From contig NIVC01000140.1 in assembly GCA_002269645.1 (NCBI GenBank), positions 496,001-560,000 of the forward strand: DNA of 64,000 nt, in the 5' to 3' direction. Made by a program: the position numbers and the translations under genes. The stretch comes from Macrostomum lignano (taxonomy: Eukaryota). Of the stretch, positions 34,610 through 45,401 are shown piece after piece. The notes beneath the pieces are model-generated. The model ran no database searches, was not told the DNA's origin, and saw only the letters and a program-made list of their open reading frames with translations. Every line of letters begins with the position of its first letter. The stretch's first letter is position 1.

Positions 34610-35479
34610 TCACGGCAGAGCCTGTTTCACCTGGGGAGCTCCGGAGACAGCCCCCGCATCCGGCTCTTCGTAGCCCGGCGGCTGCTGCGCGTAAGAATGC
34701 GGCAGCACCTGCTGGAAGCTCGGAAGCTGCTGCTGGAAGCTCGGAAGCTGCTGCTGGAAGCTCGGGTTAAAGGCCGGCTGGGGCTCGAAGTCGGAGGCGG
34801 TCTGCAGGTACACAATCTCGTGCTGCTGCTGCTGCCCGTCTGGGGACACGATGGTGACGATCTGAGGGCCCTGCGGCTGCTGCTCGCTGCTGTTGGCGGC
34901 TGCGGCGGATGGCACGCAGCAGCAGGAGGCGCGGCAGGCGAAGGCGCTGTGCACGATGGCCAGGAGGAACTCCGCGGCGAACAGCAGGCAGCAGAGGATG
35001 CCCATGGCGTGCGACACCTTGAAGTCGCGCTCATAGCGGCAGCGGTTCGGCATGGCCTTGAAAATCTCCCTGTTGGCTGACGTGATGACGGCCTCCTGAA
35101 TGAGGGCCGAGGCGCTGAACACGGAGGCCAGGATGCTGAACACCAGGCAGGTGACCACGCAGCCCAGGGTGCAGCGCTGCTTGCTCTTGCCAGCCACCAG
35201 GCCGCAGATGCCCGCCGCGATGAAGAACGGCGCTGACCAGACGCCGCTGGCGGTGACCACCAGTGCGGCGCCAACTCCTGAAACGGCGCCCGCGATGCTG
35301 AAAACGATGGCGAGCACCCCGACGCTGAGCTGCAGGGCACCGAGGACCACGTGGGCGCGGAGCACCCTGGCGGGCACCCGGCTGGCGTAGGTTGCGGGTT
35401 TCTCCAGCTTGGCGGTCAGAGTTATCGTGTTGCTGGGATGTTGGGGCAGGACGGCCAGGTGGGCAGCAGTGACGGGTTC
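34610..35479 (-). CDS. MS4A/CD20-like four-TM protein, inverted paralog with Gln-rich tail and PPGY; nearest ATG is out of frame
   Basis: [57 protein letters not shown]. The frame is open 35479-34610 and bounded by an in-frame TGA (35482-35480); the ATG at 35483-35481 is offset by one base. Confidence 0.75.
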   Translation of the reverse strand, partial: EPVTAAHLAVLPQHPSNTITLTAKLEKPATYASRVPARVLRAHVVLGALQLSVGVLAIVFSIAGAVSGVGAALVVTASGVWSAPFFIAAGICGLVAGKSKQRCTLGCVVTCLVFSILASVFSASALIQEAVITSANREIFKAMPNRCRYERDFKVSHAMGILCCLLFAAEFLLAIVHSAFACRASCCCVPSAAAANSSEQQPQGPQIVTIVSPDGQQQQHEIVYLQTASDFEPQPAFNPSFQQQLPSFQQQLPSFQQVLPHSYAQQPPGYEEPDAGAVSGAPQVKQALP

Positions 35480-35544
35480 TCATCAATTCCAATTCTATTT
35501 TTATTCAGCCACGCAGAGTGAGCGGGGGTTTGGTCTCCCCTTCT

Positions 35545-35917
35545 CTGATTGGCTGGCCGTGAGTGTACGGGCGTGTGGGACAAAGCTAGAGGCCAGAGTA
35601 CATTGGGTTGCTGCAGCACAACTGCAGAGCCTGTGCTTAATACTCGTAATAAAAGCTCACATCTACCTGCATGACTACACAGCCCCAGCTGCACCCCAGC
35701 AGTGCAGTTGGGTGTAGCTTATAGATGTGAGGCCCCCACACCCTGTTTACTCCTGCCTTCACCCCACTACGTGCACTCACTCAATTAAGTCAATTATTGA
35801 CAGTTTGATTCCAACGTGCCTCTCAATCTCAACGCACTGCTGATTTTCAGTCGCCAGCGTGCAGGAATTGTTCAGCACCAATTATCGCCACCCAAGTGTG
35901 CTCAGCCAGCCAATCAG
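35545..35917. promoter_or_regulatory. Putative bidirectional promoter with two outward-facing CCAAT boxes
   Basis: The 13-mer GCCAGCCAATCAG occurs on the minus strand at 35545-35557 and the plus strand at 35905-35917, between head-to-head genes, each followed by an AATAAA-containing TATA-like element. Confidence 0.5.
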
Positions 35918-35982
35918 CGCCGACCTCGGGTGCAATAAAGCAGCAGTGGCCGACAGCCCGCGAGCCGCCAGAAAGCACTGAA

Positions 35983-36414
35983 ATGCTGCAAGCCCTCGTC
36001 GCTGCCGCCATCGCCCTTCTCTGCCTCGCGGGCCGAGCGGCGGCCGCCGGCATCGAGTGGAATCCCGAGGGCTGGGCCCGGCGCTGCGACTTCAGCACTG
36101 AGGACATCGAAGTCCTTGATGTTTTACTGATAAACTGTCCTCGGTACTGTGCCCAGAAAAGCGGCTGCACCCACTACGCCTTCAAGATCGGGAACACCGA
36201 ATACGGCAAGCATTACGGCCGGTGCCATCTCAAAGCCGGCCCCCGTGCCAAGTCTGACGCCGTGTTCACCAGCCGGGCCTCTGACGTCTGCGGCCTGCTG
36301 CCTGGTGCTGCCGAGGTGAGCGAGTGCTCGGCGGTCTCCCAGCACGCCCGGCTGCTCACCATTGTGGCCTGCGCTGTAGTGGCGAATCCGCTTGTGCTGT
36401 CCCTGCTGCTCTGA
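35983..36414 (+). CDS. Small secreted/GPI-anchor-type protein with one PAN/Apple domain, 143 aa
   Basis: Signal peptide MLQALVAAAIALLCLAGRAAA. Cys pattern WARRCDF...C...C.....CTHY...GRCHLKAG...DVCG matches PAN/Apple. Hydrophobic C-terminus; AATAAA at 36465. Confidence 0.8.
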   Translation: MLQALVAAAIALLCLAGRAAAAGIEWNPEGWARRCDFSTEDIEVLDVLLINCPRYCAQKSGCTHYAFKIGNTEYGKHYGRCHLKAGPRAKSDAVFTSRASDVCGLLPGAAEVSECSAVSQHARLLTIVACAVVANPLVLSLLL

Positions 36415-36586
36415 TGCACTGGAATGAGTTTCATGCTGTTTTTTTAAACTGTTTTATCACAAGTAATAAAATTAATAAGTTGCTGAGTATTTTTACAACT
36501 CGCCATAGCCTTGTAGCAATAAATTGTCGGCCCTATAAACCTGCGGCACCTGCCTTCTTCAAACTGTGTTTGCAATTTTCCTGTAC

Positions 36587-37005
36587 TTTACTGACAGATC
36601 CTCAATTCTTTACTGACAGATCCTCAATTCTCTAGTGACAGATCCTCAATTCTCTACTGACAGATCCTCAATTCTTTACTGACAGATCCTCAATTCTTTA
36701 CTGACAGATCCTCAATTCTCTACTGACAGATCCTCAATTCTCTACTGACAGATCCTCAATTCTTTACTGACAGATCCTCAATTCTTTACTGACAGATCCT
36801 CAATTCTTTACTGACAGATCCTCAATTCTTTACTGACAGATCCTCAATTCTCTACTGACAGATCCTCAATTCTCTACTGACAGATCCTCAATTCTCTACT
36901 GACAGATCCTCAATTCTCTACTGACAGATCCTCAATTCTCTACTGACAGATCCTCAATTCTCTACTGACAGATCCTCAATTCTCTACTGACAGATCCTCA
37001 ATTCT
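36587..37005. repeat. 22-bp minisatellite (TACTGACAGATCCTCAATTCTY), about 19 copies
   Basis: Exact periodicity. Confidence 0.95.
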
Positions 37006-37516
37006 TTTCAGGGGAATCATCACCAGGCTCGGGGGGGGGGGAGTTGGCACACTCAGCTCACAGAGAAGGGTGAAGAGGGCGCGTTGCCCCCCCCCCCCTG
37101 ACCCCTGGCTTCACTGGGGCTGGGTTATCTCCAACGAGAACAGGCGAGCAGAAGTTCGAAAATAAATTCAGGCGCGGGTGCGGGCGAACTTCTCTTTTCT
37201 TACTCAAATGCCTTTTTTGTGTACGAGAGACTGTTTCTGTTTGGGGCATAATTGCGAGGTCGGCTTGAGAATGAGTCAGAGAAACTTGCTTGTGGGTGAG
37301 ACTGGTTAGCGTTTCTCATTGATGCGCTCTGGGTAAATCTGTATTCTGCATCAGAGCGACTGATGAAATGAGCTTCAATGCGAATGGAATTGGTTGATTT
37401 ACAAGAATGTACAAAACTATGAAAAATTCGCTAAAACATGAGCAATGGCGCTTTACATTGAGTTAAAAGTGACAAGATCAACGGGGAAATCCCTTGAAAG
37501 TGGCAGGCAGCGCGGC

Positions 37517-38179
37517 TCAGTAGCGATAGTCCAGCGGGTTGCGGTAGCCGTCGCCGTACATCCAGTTGGACGTTCGCTGCTGCCAGTGCTTTCGCCATTC
37601 GTATTCTCGCCGCTTGCCCAGCCTCCTCTCCAACCCGCTGTCGAAGTAGCTGTACTCGCTGTCTTCGCAAACATACGAGCTGGAGGTCCTCCTGCGCCTG
37701 CCAACCTTAAACAAGTCCACATCCTTCTGCCGTAGGCTGAGCTCCTCCTCTCTCTGCTTCTCCTGCAGCTCCTCAGCTTCCAGACAGTCCGCCACCCACA
37801 GGGCTTGGTAGGTGCGGCTCTGCTCCCGCAGCAGAGCGAATTTGATGCCGATGAGGTGCCGCTCGCTGTTGCTCAGCTGCTGGGCTTCCCGCCTCTCCGC
37901 TGCGGCTGCCTCCTCTTCCACCGCTTCCTCCTCCGCGTTGTCGACGCTGAGCTCCTCCAGCTCGTCGTGGCTGGGCAGCCTCGGCAGGCTTTGCTGCGAC
38001 GCCTCGTCACTGCCGGCGGTTCCGTCCAAGCTGTCGCGCCGCTGATCGTCGCTGCTGTAGCCGGAGTCGCTGCGAACCAGCCGGAGCTGCCGCAGTATCC
38101 TGGCGGTTGAGTCCGACAGCCGCCTGAGCCGAGAGCTCCGCCTGCCGTTCTCCTGATCTTGCTTCTCATGGCTGGACAT
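37517..38179 (-). CDS. Hypothetical acidic/coiled-coil protein, 220 aa, with DSGYSS motif
   Basis: Non-repetitive single ORF from ATG to stop with GC-rich codon usage like the real genes in the window. No family recognised. Confidence 0.65.
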   Translation of the reverse strand: MSSHEKQDQENGRRSSRLRRLSDSTARILRQLRLVRSDSGYSSDDQRRDSLDGTAGSDEASQQSLPRLPSHDELEELSVDNAEEEAVEEEAAAAERREAQQLSNSERHLIGIKFALLREQSRTYQALWVADCLEAEELQEKQREEELSLRQKDVDLFKVGRRRRTSSSYVCEDSEYSYFDSGLERRLGKRREYEWRKHWQQRTSNWMYGDGYRNPLDYRY

Positions 38180-38353
38180 TCCGGATTGCCTGTGCTCTGC
38201 TGTCTGCGGTTGGGTGTCTGCTGTCTGCCTGCTGTTGGGTGTCTGCTGTCTGCCTGCTCCCGGCAGTCATTTTCTTGTTTTTATCGCTTAGCCGTGCGCA
38301 AGCGCACAAATAGGGAACTTGCCTAACAGACGGCACTATACTGATGTCAAGTC

Positions 38354-38468
<115 letters not shown>

Positions 38469-41400
38469 CCTGCTTTGTTCGCGCTCTGCACAAATGTAGC
38501 TGGCCCAGTCGTGGCATTTTGGCAGCCGCTGTTGCACACAGGCGAATGCAGTAATGAAAGTTGAGTCATCCGCCTGCACTAAACTCGAGCTGCGTGGGGG
38601 CCGAGTTTGCTTTGGATTGCCGCAAAAGTTCGGCTTTGTTCGAATGTAACCTTCAAAAGCCTGCAGTAACTATTGCATCATTTCATGAACTTTGCGAGTG
38701 AGACTTGCCTGCGTGAGAACTTCTTTGGTATCCCAGCTGTACGTCGTAAATCAAAGGCCGAACAAATTTGTCAATAATTTCAAACTAATTTGAGTTCAAC
38801 TTTATCAGCCTTCTTGAGTATATTGAAAATCTTCCTGAAAAATATCGACGTTTTCCGTTCCGCTTCCAGCCCAGGCAGCTACAGAGAGGTCCTTGGTGTT
38901 ACTATAAATAGCCTAGAGTGATAAACGGAATCGAGAGTGCGGCAGCATGCACTTTCCTGTTATTAGCTGAAATTTGGGTGAAAAACAGGGACAACTAAAA
39001 CACTCATTTATTTTTGGTGTTTTATAGTTGTCCCTTGGGGTGAAAAATAGCACCAAAAAATTTCGTCTTGTCTCCTTTCGGAGATTTTATGCACCTGACA
39101 GCTTGCTGCCACTTGGCTCGCATTTTTTGGACTAAAGATTGTATGAGTTTTATTCTCATCGTCTGCTTTCTGATCAAATTATTCCAAATCAAATTTGTCA
39201 GCAATATTTGATTACTTAGATTTATGACCAGATGGAAAAAAAAGTTTTTTTAAGACGTAGTCTGTAAGCACCTCGCGGCGATCTTGCACCAGTCGCTCCG
39301 AGTTGCAGGGAAAGCTTCATTAATACGGATGCTGAGAAGTACAGTACGAGCAGAAAATATCTAAACGGCATCCTGTAAGGTCAAGTGCCGAATGCTGGGC
39401 TTAAGTACTGAAAATTGTTGCAAATTTCCTGTGTTTAACTGCATAGAAGAAACAGCGCAACTTAGATGCATGTTGCTGTAGTATCTGCAGCTCAACAGAT
39501 CATGATGGACTGGAGACTGCAGATTTGCCTATAATAACATGCGGACGAAGTAGGCAAAGAAATTTTGTACATCCTATACATGTATCTATACGTTCGTACC
39601 CAAATTATTAAGACTGATGTATACATTTTATTATAGTGGTAGCTCGAGCGAACACGGTATCGCGGTTTAAAACATACAAACAGACAAACTACACGTGAGT
39701 TTTAGTATTAGGATTTGCAATAAAAACATGAGAAAGGGAATTGGGAGGTGAGTAATACAGTGGCTTGAGTCACTGTCAACCCAGACAGATAGCGCCCGCA
39801 CCCGAGGGAAGGAATTGGACGCCTCGACCAGCCTCGCAACCCCTGCAAATTGCCGCGACAATATCAATTTTATTAGATCCCTCAAACGGTCATTTACGTC
39901 ATTTACAACGGACTAAAAAAAATCGATTTAGGTGACAAGTAAAATTTATTTTCAACTTTGGTGGCCAAATTAAAACTGTCTTTGATACATATACTTGTCG
40001 AGGACCTTTAGTCGTCCTATTTAAGTCGATGACACATGCATGTAGCTTCAACCCGGCACACGATTTTTACGCTTAATAAAAAAATAAACAAAACAAAAAA
40101 TAATTGATTACTTTTAATTTCCTCGGTTTCCTTTACAGGGCAATCTCGGACAGCTTTAACTGGTGTTATAGTTAATCTTTTTATTAAATTTTGTCGAAAA
40201 TTAAAATCGCAGTTTTTTTCAAAAAGGTTGTTAAATTCGCTGAAAGTACATTAAAAAATAGTTGTAGTCAGGGCTTTCCAGTGACTGGCTAAACTTGCGA
40301 AACCGGAGGATCTCAGTTCAGAAGCAGGATGGTTGAAATTAGAAAGCTGTTACCTGCACACATTACATAAGTAATTATGATGAGTTTCTGCCTATAGTGT
40401 TTGCAAAAGATTTTAATATTTCGAAATCTCACTGGAGTCCCTACCTTTGGTTTTTATCCTCTAGAATCTGCCCTTCCCCAATCCCTTAGGGGATAAATTT
40501 CTAGTAGTGGTACTACTAGGCCTAGTACTACTAATTCATTTTAATAATTAATTAATTCAAAAATGTATTCTTTATAGTTTTAACTACTAAAGCAAAGGCT
40601 TTTATTAAGAAAATTAAAGTTAAAAAATTGTTATTATTTTATATAATGATAGATATATTAGATTATATTTTCCTTTTTCCAAAAAGTCTTTACTTTTTTT
40701 GAATTTTGACTTGGTTAAATGTAAAACAGTTATAACTATTTTAGTGGCTACAATTTGTGTTATTTTTCAATAGATTTGTATATTACAGTTTGTGATCATT
40801 TTTTGTCAAAAAGTTAACTTTTTGTCTTTTATATAAAAAATCTCTAAAATGACTTTTTATAATTAATTTTTTAATAAATATAGTTAATGCTACATTTTTG
40901 ATATAAGCAATTTAAATAAATAAAAGTTCAAAAAAGCAATTGCAAAAAATAATAGTAAAAACATTGACAAAATAATTTTACTATTACTGTTTATTAGTAG
41001 TTCTTTTTTATTGTTTTATATTCAAAATAGTAATGCATTAGTTTTGCAAAAATGAATTAAAGCTGATTTGCTATACATTTGGCTAGGGAATATATCATAG
41101 CATATGAGCATTGAACTATCAAGTGCTAGAATAGAAACAAAAAAGTTAAAAGCAAAATAATATTTTCAATATAAAGAAGGATTTTCTAAATAAATTTTTA
41201 GAAATAGTATGCAATTTTTCTAGAATTTATTTTGCTAAAACATTGCTTAAAAATGTAGTTTTTATTTAACTTTTTATTTTCAAAAAATGTATCTATTTTT
41301 TGCAAAAAATCTTCAATTTTGACATTCTTTCAAAAGTAGGCCTATTTTAACTTTCTTTTTGAATAACTGCAACAATAATCCAATTGAGCTATATTGTATA

Positions 41401-41981
41401 TGTGTATTTAAAAATATATTATTTCTAATCTTTTAAAATAAAACAAATTTTTAATTCAAAGTAGTTTATATAGCACTTTTTTGTAATGTATGTCTTCCAT
41501 TTGAATGCACCCCACAGACAGCAACATTTCATTGTTAGCCAATGAGAAATGTAACTCCGATTGGATTGGTAGTTTGACACAAAGCAGTCAATGATGCAAA
41601 ACTTTCGCACCTCTTTCTTGCACCTATTGGACTAAGTGCTAAGCTCAATAGGCTAAATTTTAACTATAGTCTTCTAGCACCAACATGCATTAGCACAAAA
41701 TAGTATTGTGCTAATAGTCTTATAAAGAATAACTTGCATGTTGGAAGAAGACTATGCTTAAATAGTTTGCTTAATTACATATATTCTTGCACACACATTA
41801 TTCATACCTGTATAAAATATGCTAAGCTTTAAGAATACTGGCTTGAGTAAATCTTTCCCACATTTCACAATGTTTGCTAAAACTGCAACAATACATTTTC
41901 TTATAGGCTATAGCCTTTGACACAATAATGATGCAATAGCAAAGGCTATCAAATCAAACAAATCTTGCTAGCCAAACAGAT

Positions 41982-42532
41982 AGGCATGAAAGTGGGGGTA
42001 AAAGAGCAAGCAGGCATGAAAGTGGGGGTAGGGGAGCAAGCAGGCATGAAAGTGGGGGTAGAGGAGCAAGCAGGCATGAAAATGGGGGTAGGGGAGCAAG
42101 CAGGCATGAAAGTGGGGGTAGAGGAGCAAGCAGGCATGAAAGTAGGGGTAGGGGAGCAAGCAGGCATGAAAGTGGGGGTAGAGGAGCAAGCAGGCATAAA
42201 AGTGGGGGTAGGGGAGCAAGCAGGCATGAAAGTGGGGGTAGAGGAGCAAGCAGGCATGAAAGTGGGGGTAGGGGAGCAAGCAGGCATGAAAGTGGGGGTA
42301 GGGGAGCAAGCAGGCATGAAAGTGGGGATAGAGGAGCAAGCAGGCATGAAAGTGGGGGTAGGGGAGCAAGCAGGCATGAAAGTAGGGGTAGGGGAGCAAG
42401 CAGGCATGAAAGTGGGGATAGAGGAGCAAGCAGGCATGAAAGTGGGGGTAGGGGAGCAAGCAGGCATGAAAGTAGGGGTAGGGGAGCAAGCAGGCATGAA
42501 AGTGGGGGTAGAGGAGCAAGCAGGCATGAAAG
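41982..42532. repeat. 30-bp minisatellite (GCAGGCATGAAAGTGGGGGTAGRGGAGCAA), about 18 copies
   Basis: Exact periodicity within very AT-rich DNA. Confidence 0.95.
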
Positions 42533-43460
42533 CAAAGGTACCATACTGCATTTCATGTAGACAGCAAACCAAGTCTTATCATATCTAAGCTTTGAACTAT
42601 GATAAAAATACTGCTTCCAATACAAACTTGCTCATTTAAAATATTGCACTTGCTCTTGTTCTATTCTTGTATTTGTTAAAAAATTTGAAATGAATCTAAG
42701 AACAAAATGAATAACAAAAAATAACCTACTTTTTGAATACTGAATACAAATATGAATATTTGTTCCATCTCTAATATTTATTTAATATAGTACAACAAAT
42801 ATATATTATAATAAACTATACTTATTACTACTGGATTTAGTTTTGCAAAGAGTTGCATATATTGAGATTAAAAAGAAATATAAATTCAGTATTTGCTAAA
42901 TATCTATATATACTTGTACTTGTATAACCTATTTTGCTTAGTCTAAGATAAAACTATATAGTGCCTTTTTAAAATGTAATGCAGTTTTTTTTAAATAAAC
43001 TTAAGTATTAAATTATGATTATACAAACTGATTTTATTTTGGATACACTATGTTAGGTTTTAATAAGTTAAGTAACTTTTTCATAAATAAGATTGGTTCT
43101 GATAAAGTAGTTTGGGTTTTGGGTTTTTATATGACACTTGGTTTTGGATAAGTCAAGTAGGGTTTTAGATTATGTAATAGGCAAGGTTTTTGGTTGAGTC
43201 AGATTAGGTCAAAGTATTTGTCATCCAAATCAGCACCACATGGGCACAGTCACATGGGTGCAGTAGGGGTAGATCAGATATGCTGAGGTACAATTAGATT
43301 AAGCCAAGGTCAAAGCCTTATTGCTGGCTCTCATGTGCACAGAGTGACAGCGGGTGAACCGCAAATCTATATCACATCCAAGCTCGCTGCTCTGCTGCAG
43401 GCGGCTGCTCGCACTGCTGACTGGCCGCGGCGCCAGTCCTAGCCGTGAAGGCCTGGCCTG

Positions 43461-44657
43461 ATGGCGGACAGCCGCCACGCCTACGCGGCCCCCGTGAGCG
43501 CGCGCGGCCCTTCGCCAGGCGCGGCCGCGCAGTTCCGCCTTGTGGCGCCCGGCACAGGCCTGGCGCCGTCGCCGTCATCGCCGATGCCGCAGCCCGCCTA
43601 CGTTGGCGGCCCCGGCTACGCGCAGGCTGGATTCGGCGGCTTCCGCTACCCGCAGCCGGTGCAGCCCAGCAATTACGTGATTGTGCAGCCTCCTCAGCAT
43701 CACATTCCCCATCAACCCCATCCGCATCAGCAGTATCAGTATGTGCAGCGGCATCAGTTTCCGCCTGCGGCCTTGCAGAGGCTGCCGCCAACGCCCCCTC
43801 CGCCCGCGCCGCCGCCTGCGCCCACACCGTCAGAGCTGAGCGAGTCTGCGGCCCGCTGCTCCGGCTTCTTTGGCGCCCTCCTGCGCCGCTCGCGCACCGC
43901 CGGCAGCTCCGACGAGGACGACGAGCGCTGGCGCCGCATCTCCGGCCTGGTGCGCGGCCTCATCTCCGAGCGCATCGATGCGGCCTACTTTGTCTCCCAG
44001 CTGAAAGTGGCGCTCAACTCCAAGCAGGACTCCAATCAGCTCATGGACTTCTTCTGTCAGCACCTGCCCGAATATCGCCGCGCCCTCCGGCAGGGCCGCG
44101 TCCGCCTCGAGGGACTCGCGCCGCTGCCGCCGCCGCCTGCGTCCCGGCTGCCACCTCCCGCTCCGCCACTTTCGCCGCCTGCCACCAAGCCACCGCCGGC
44201 TCCTCCATTGACGCCGCCTCCTCCGCAACCGCGGTCCGCCGCGGCGTCCGTTTTCTGCCCGGCGGCGCTCCGGCTGCGCCTGCAGGATGCGGCGCGAACC
44301 CGCGGCCTTCCCGACGCTGCCGAATCGGCGGCCGCCCTCCTCGCCGCTGCGGTTGAGCGCCGCCTGCTCGACCTGCTGGAGGGTGCCGCCGCCGCCGCCG
44401 AGCACCGCCTCGAGCCCGCGTCAGCCTCCGCCTCCGCCACCGCGCCCGGCTCCCTCGCCGTCGTGGCCTTCACCGAAGGCGGCCGTCGCGGCCTTCGCTG
44501 GCGCCGGCATGATCGCGCCTTCGCTGCAGCCGCCGGCGACTCCGCGGAATCCCCGCAGGCGCCGCCGCTCCGGGTCGGCCTCGCGGACCTGGCGCGGGCG
44601 CTGGCCTCTGACCGGTCCCGCGAGGCGCGCAAATTCCTCTTCAAGGCGGCCAAGTGA
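43461..44657 (+). CDS. TAF4: Divergent TFIID subunit 4-like protein (TAFH domain plus histone fold), intronless, 398 aa
   Basis: Pro/Gln-rich N-terminus. TAFH-like RCSGFFGALL...ISGLVRGLISERIDAAYFVSQLKVALNSKQDSNQLMDFFCQHLPEYRRAL. Histone fold FCPAALRLRL...AVERRLLDLLE. C-terminal LRVGLADLARAL...FLFKAAK parallels TAF4 TRVNLRDL...LLYKA. Confidence 0.82.
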   Translation: MADSRHAYAAPVSARGPSPGAAAQFRLVAPGTGLAPSPSSPMPQPAYVGGPGYAQAGFGGFRYPQPVQPSNYVIVQPPQHHIPHQPHPHQQYQYVQRHQFPPAALQRLPPTPPPPAPPPAPTPSELSESAARCSGFFGALLRRSRTAGSSDEDDERWRRISGLVRGLISERIDAAYFVSQLKVALNSKQDSNQLMDFFCQHLPEYRRALRQGRVRLEGLAPLPPPPASRLPPPAPPLSPPATKPPPAPPLTPPPPQPRSAAASVFCPAALRLRLQDAARTRGLPDAAESAAALLAAAVERRLLDLLEGAAAAAEHRLEPASASASATAPGSLAVVAFTEGGRRGLRWRRHDRAFAAAAGDSAESPQAPPLRVGLADLARALASDRSREARKFLFKAAK

Positions 44658-44768
44658 GCCGCGAGTGGCTTGGCTGTGACTTTCATTGAGGATTGGTCAG
44701 GGCAATGCGTCCGTGCAAATCCTCACTTCAGGGAGCCTTTGAGGCCACAATATCCCACTCTGATCTCC

Positions 44769-45020
44769 CTCCCCATCTCCGCTCCCCAGCCTCTCCCCAT
44801 TTCTACTCCCCAGCCTCTTCCCATCTCCGCTCCCCAGCCTCTTCCCATCTCCACTCCCCAGCCTCTTCCCATCTCCGCTCCCCAGCCTCTTCCCATCTCC
44901 ACTCCCCAGCCTCTCCCCATTTCTACTCCCCAGCCTCTTCCCATCTCCGCTCCCCAGCCTCTTCCCATCTCCGCTCCCCAGCCTCTTCCCATCTCCACTC
45001 CCCAGCCTCTCCCTCCCCAT
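44769..45020. repeat. 24-bp C-rich minisatellite (CTCCCCAGCCTCTTCCCATCTCCR)
   Basis: About 10 copies, starting about 110 bp after the TAF4 stop. Confidence 0.92.
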
Positions 45021-45401
45021 CTCTATCTTAAGCCCTCAGACAAGCTTGTTTTTATCAATGCCAACAAAATTTTTTGCCTTCTGGGTTTCTAACTGCCGCG
45101 ATCTCCGCGATCTTCACCGGGTTCTGATGCAGTTTGCCTTATAAAAATTAGATTTTTATGATCGTTAAGCTGTCAATTTCTTTGTCTTACATGCTTAAAA
45201 TAGCTGTCTTTTGATGTCTCCGCCTTATTATTGTTGCTGTCGTGTCATTCCCAACTGTGCTTTTTATTCATACAGAATTCCTTTTTAAACGCTTTTTGTA
45301 GCCTTTTGGGATTTTACTATTGAGGATTTTGAAGTAGATTTTACTTATTGTATTAGTTTCACGTGACAGCGGCTGTTTTATCCCATGCTCCTCTCCTCAT
45401 T

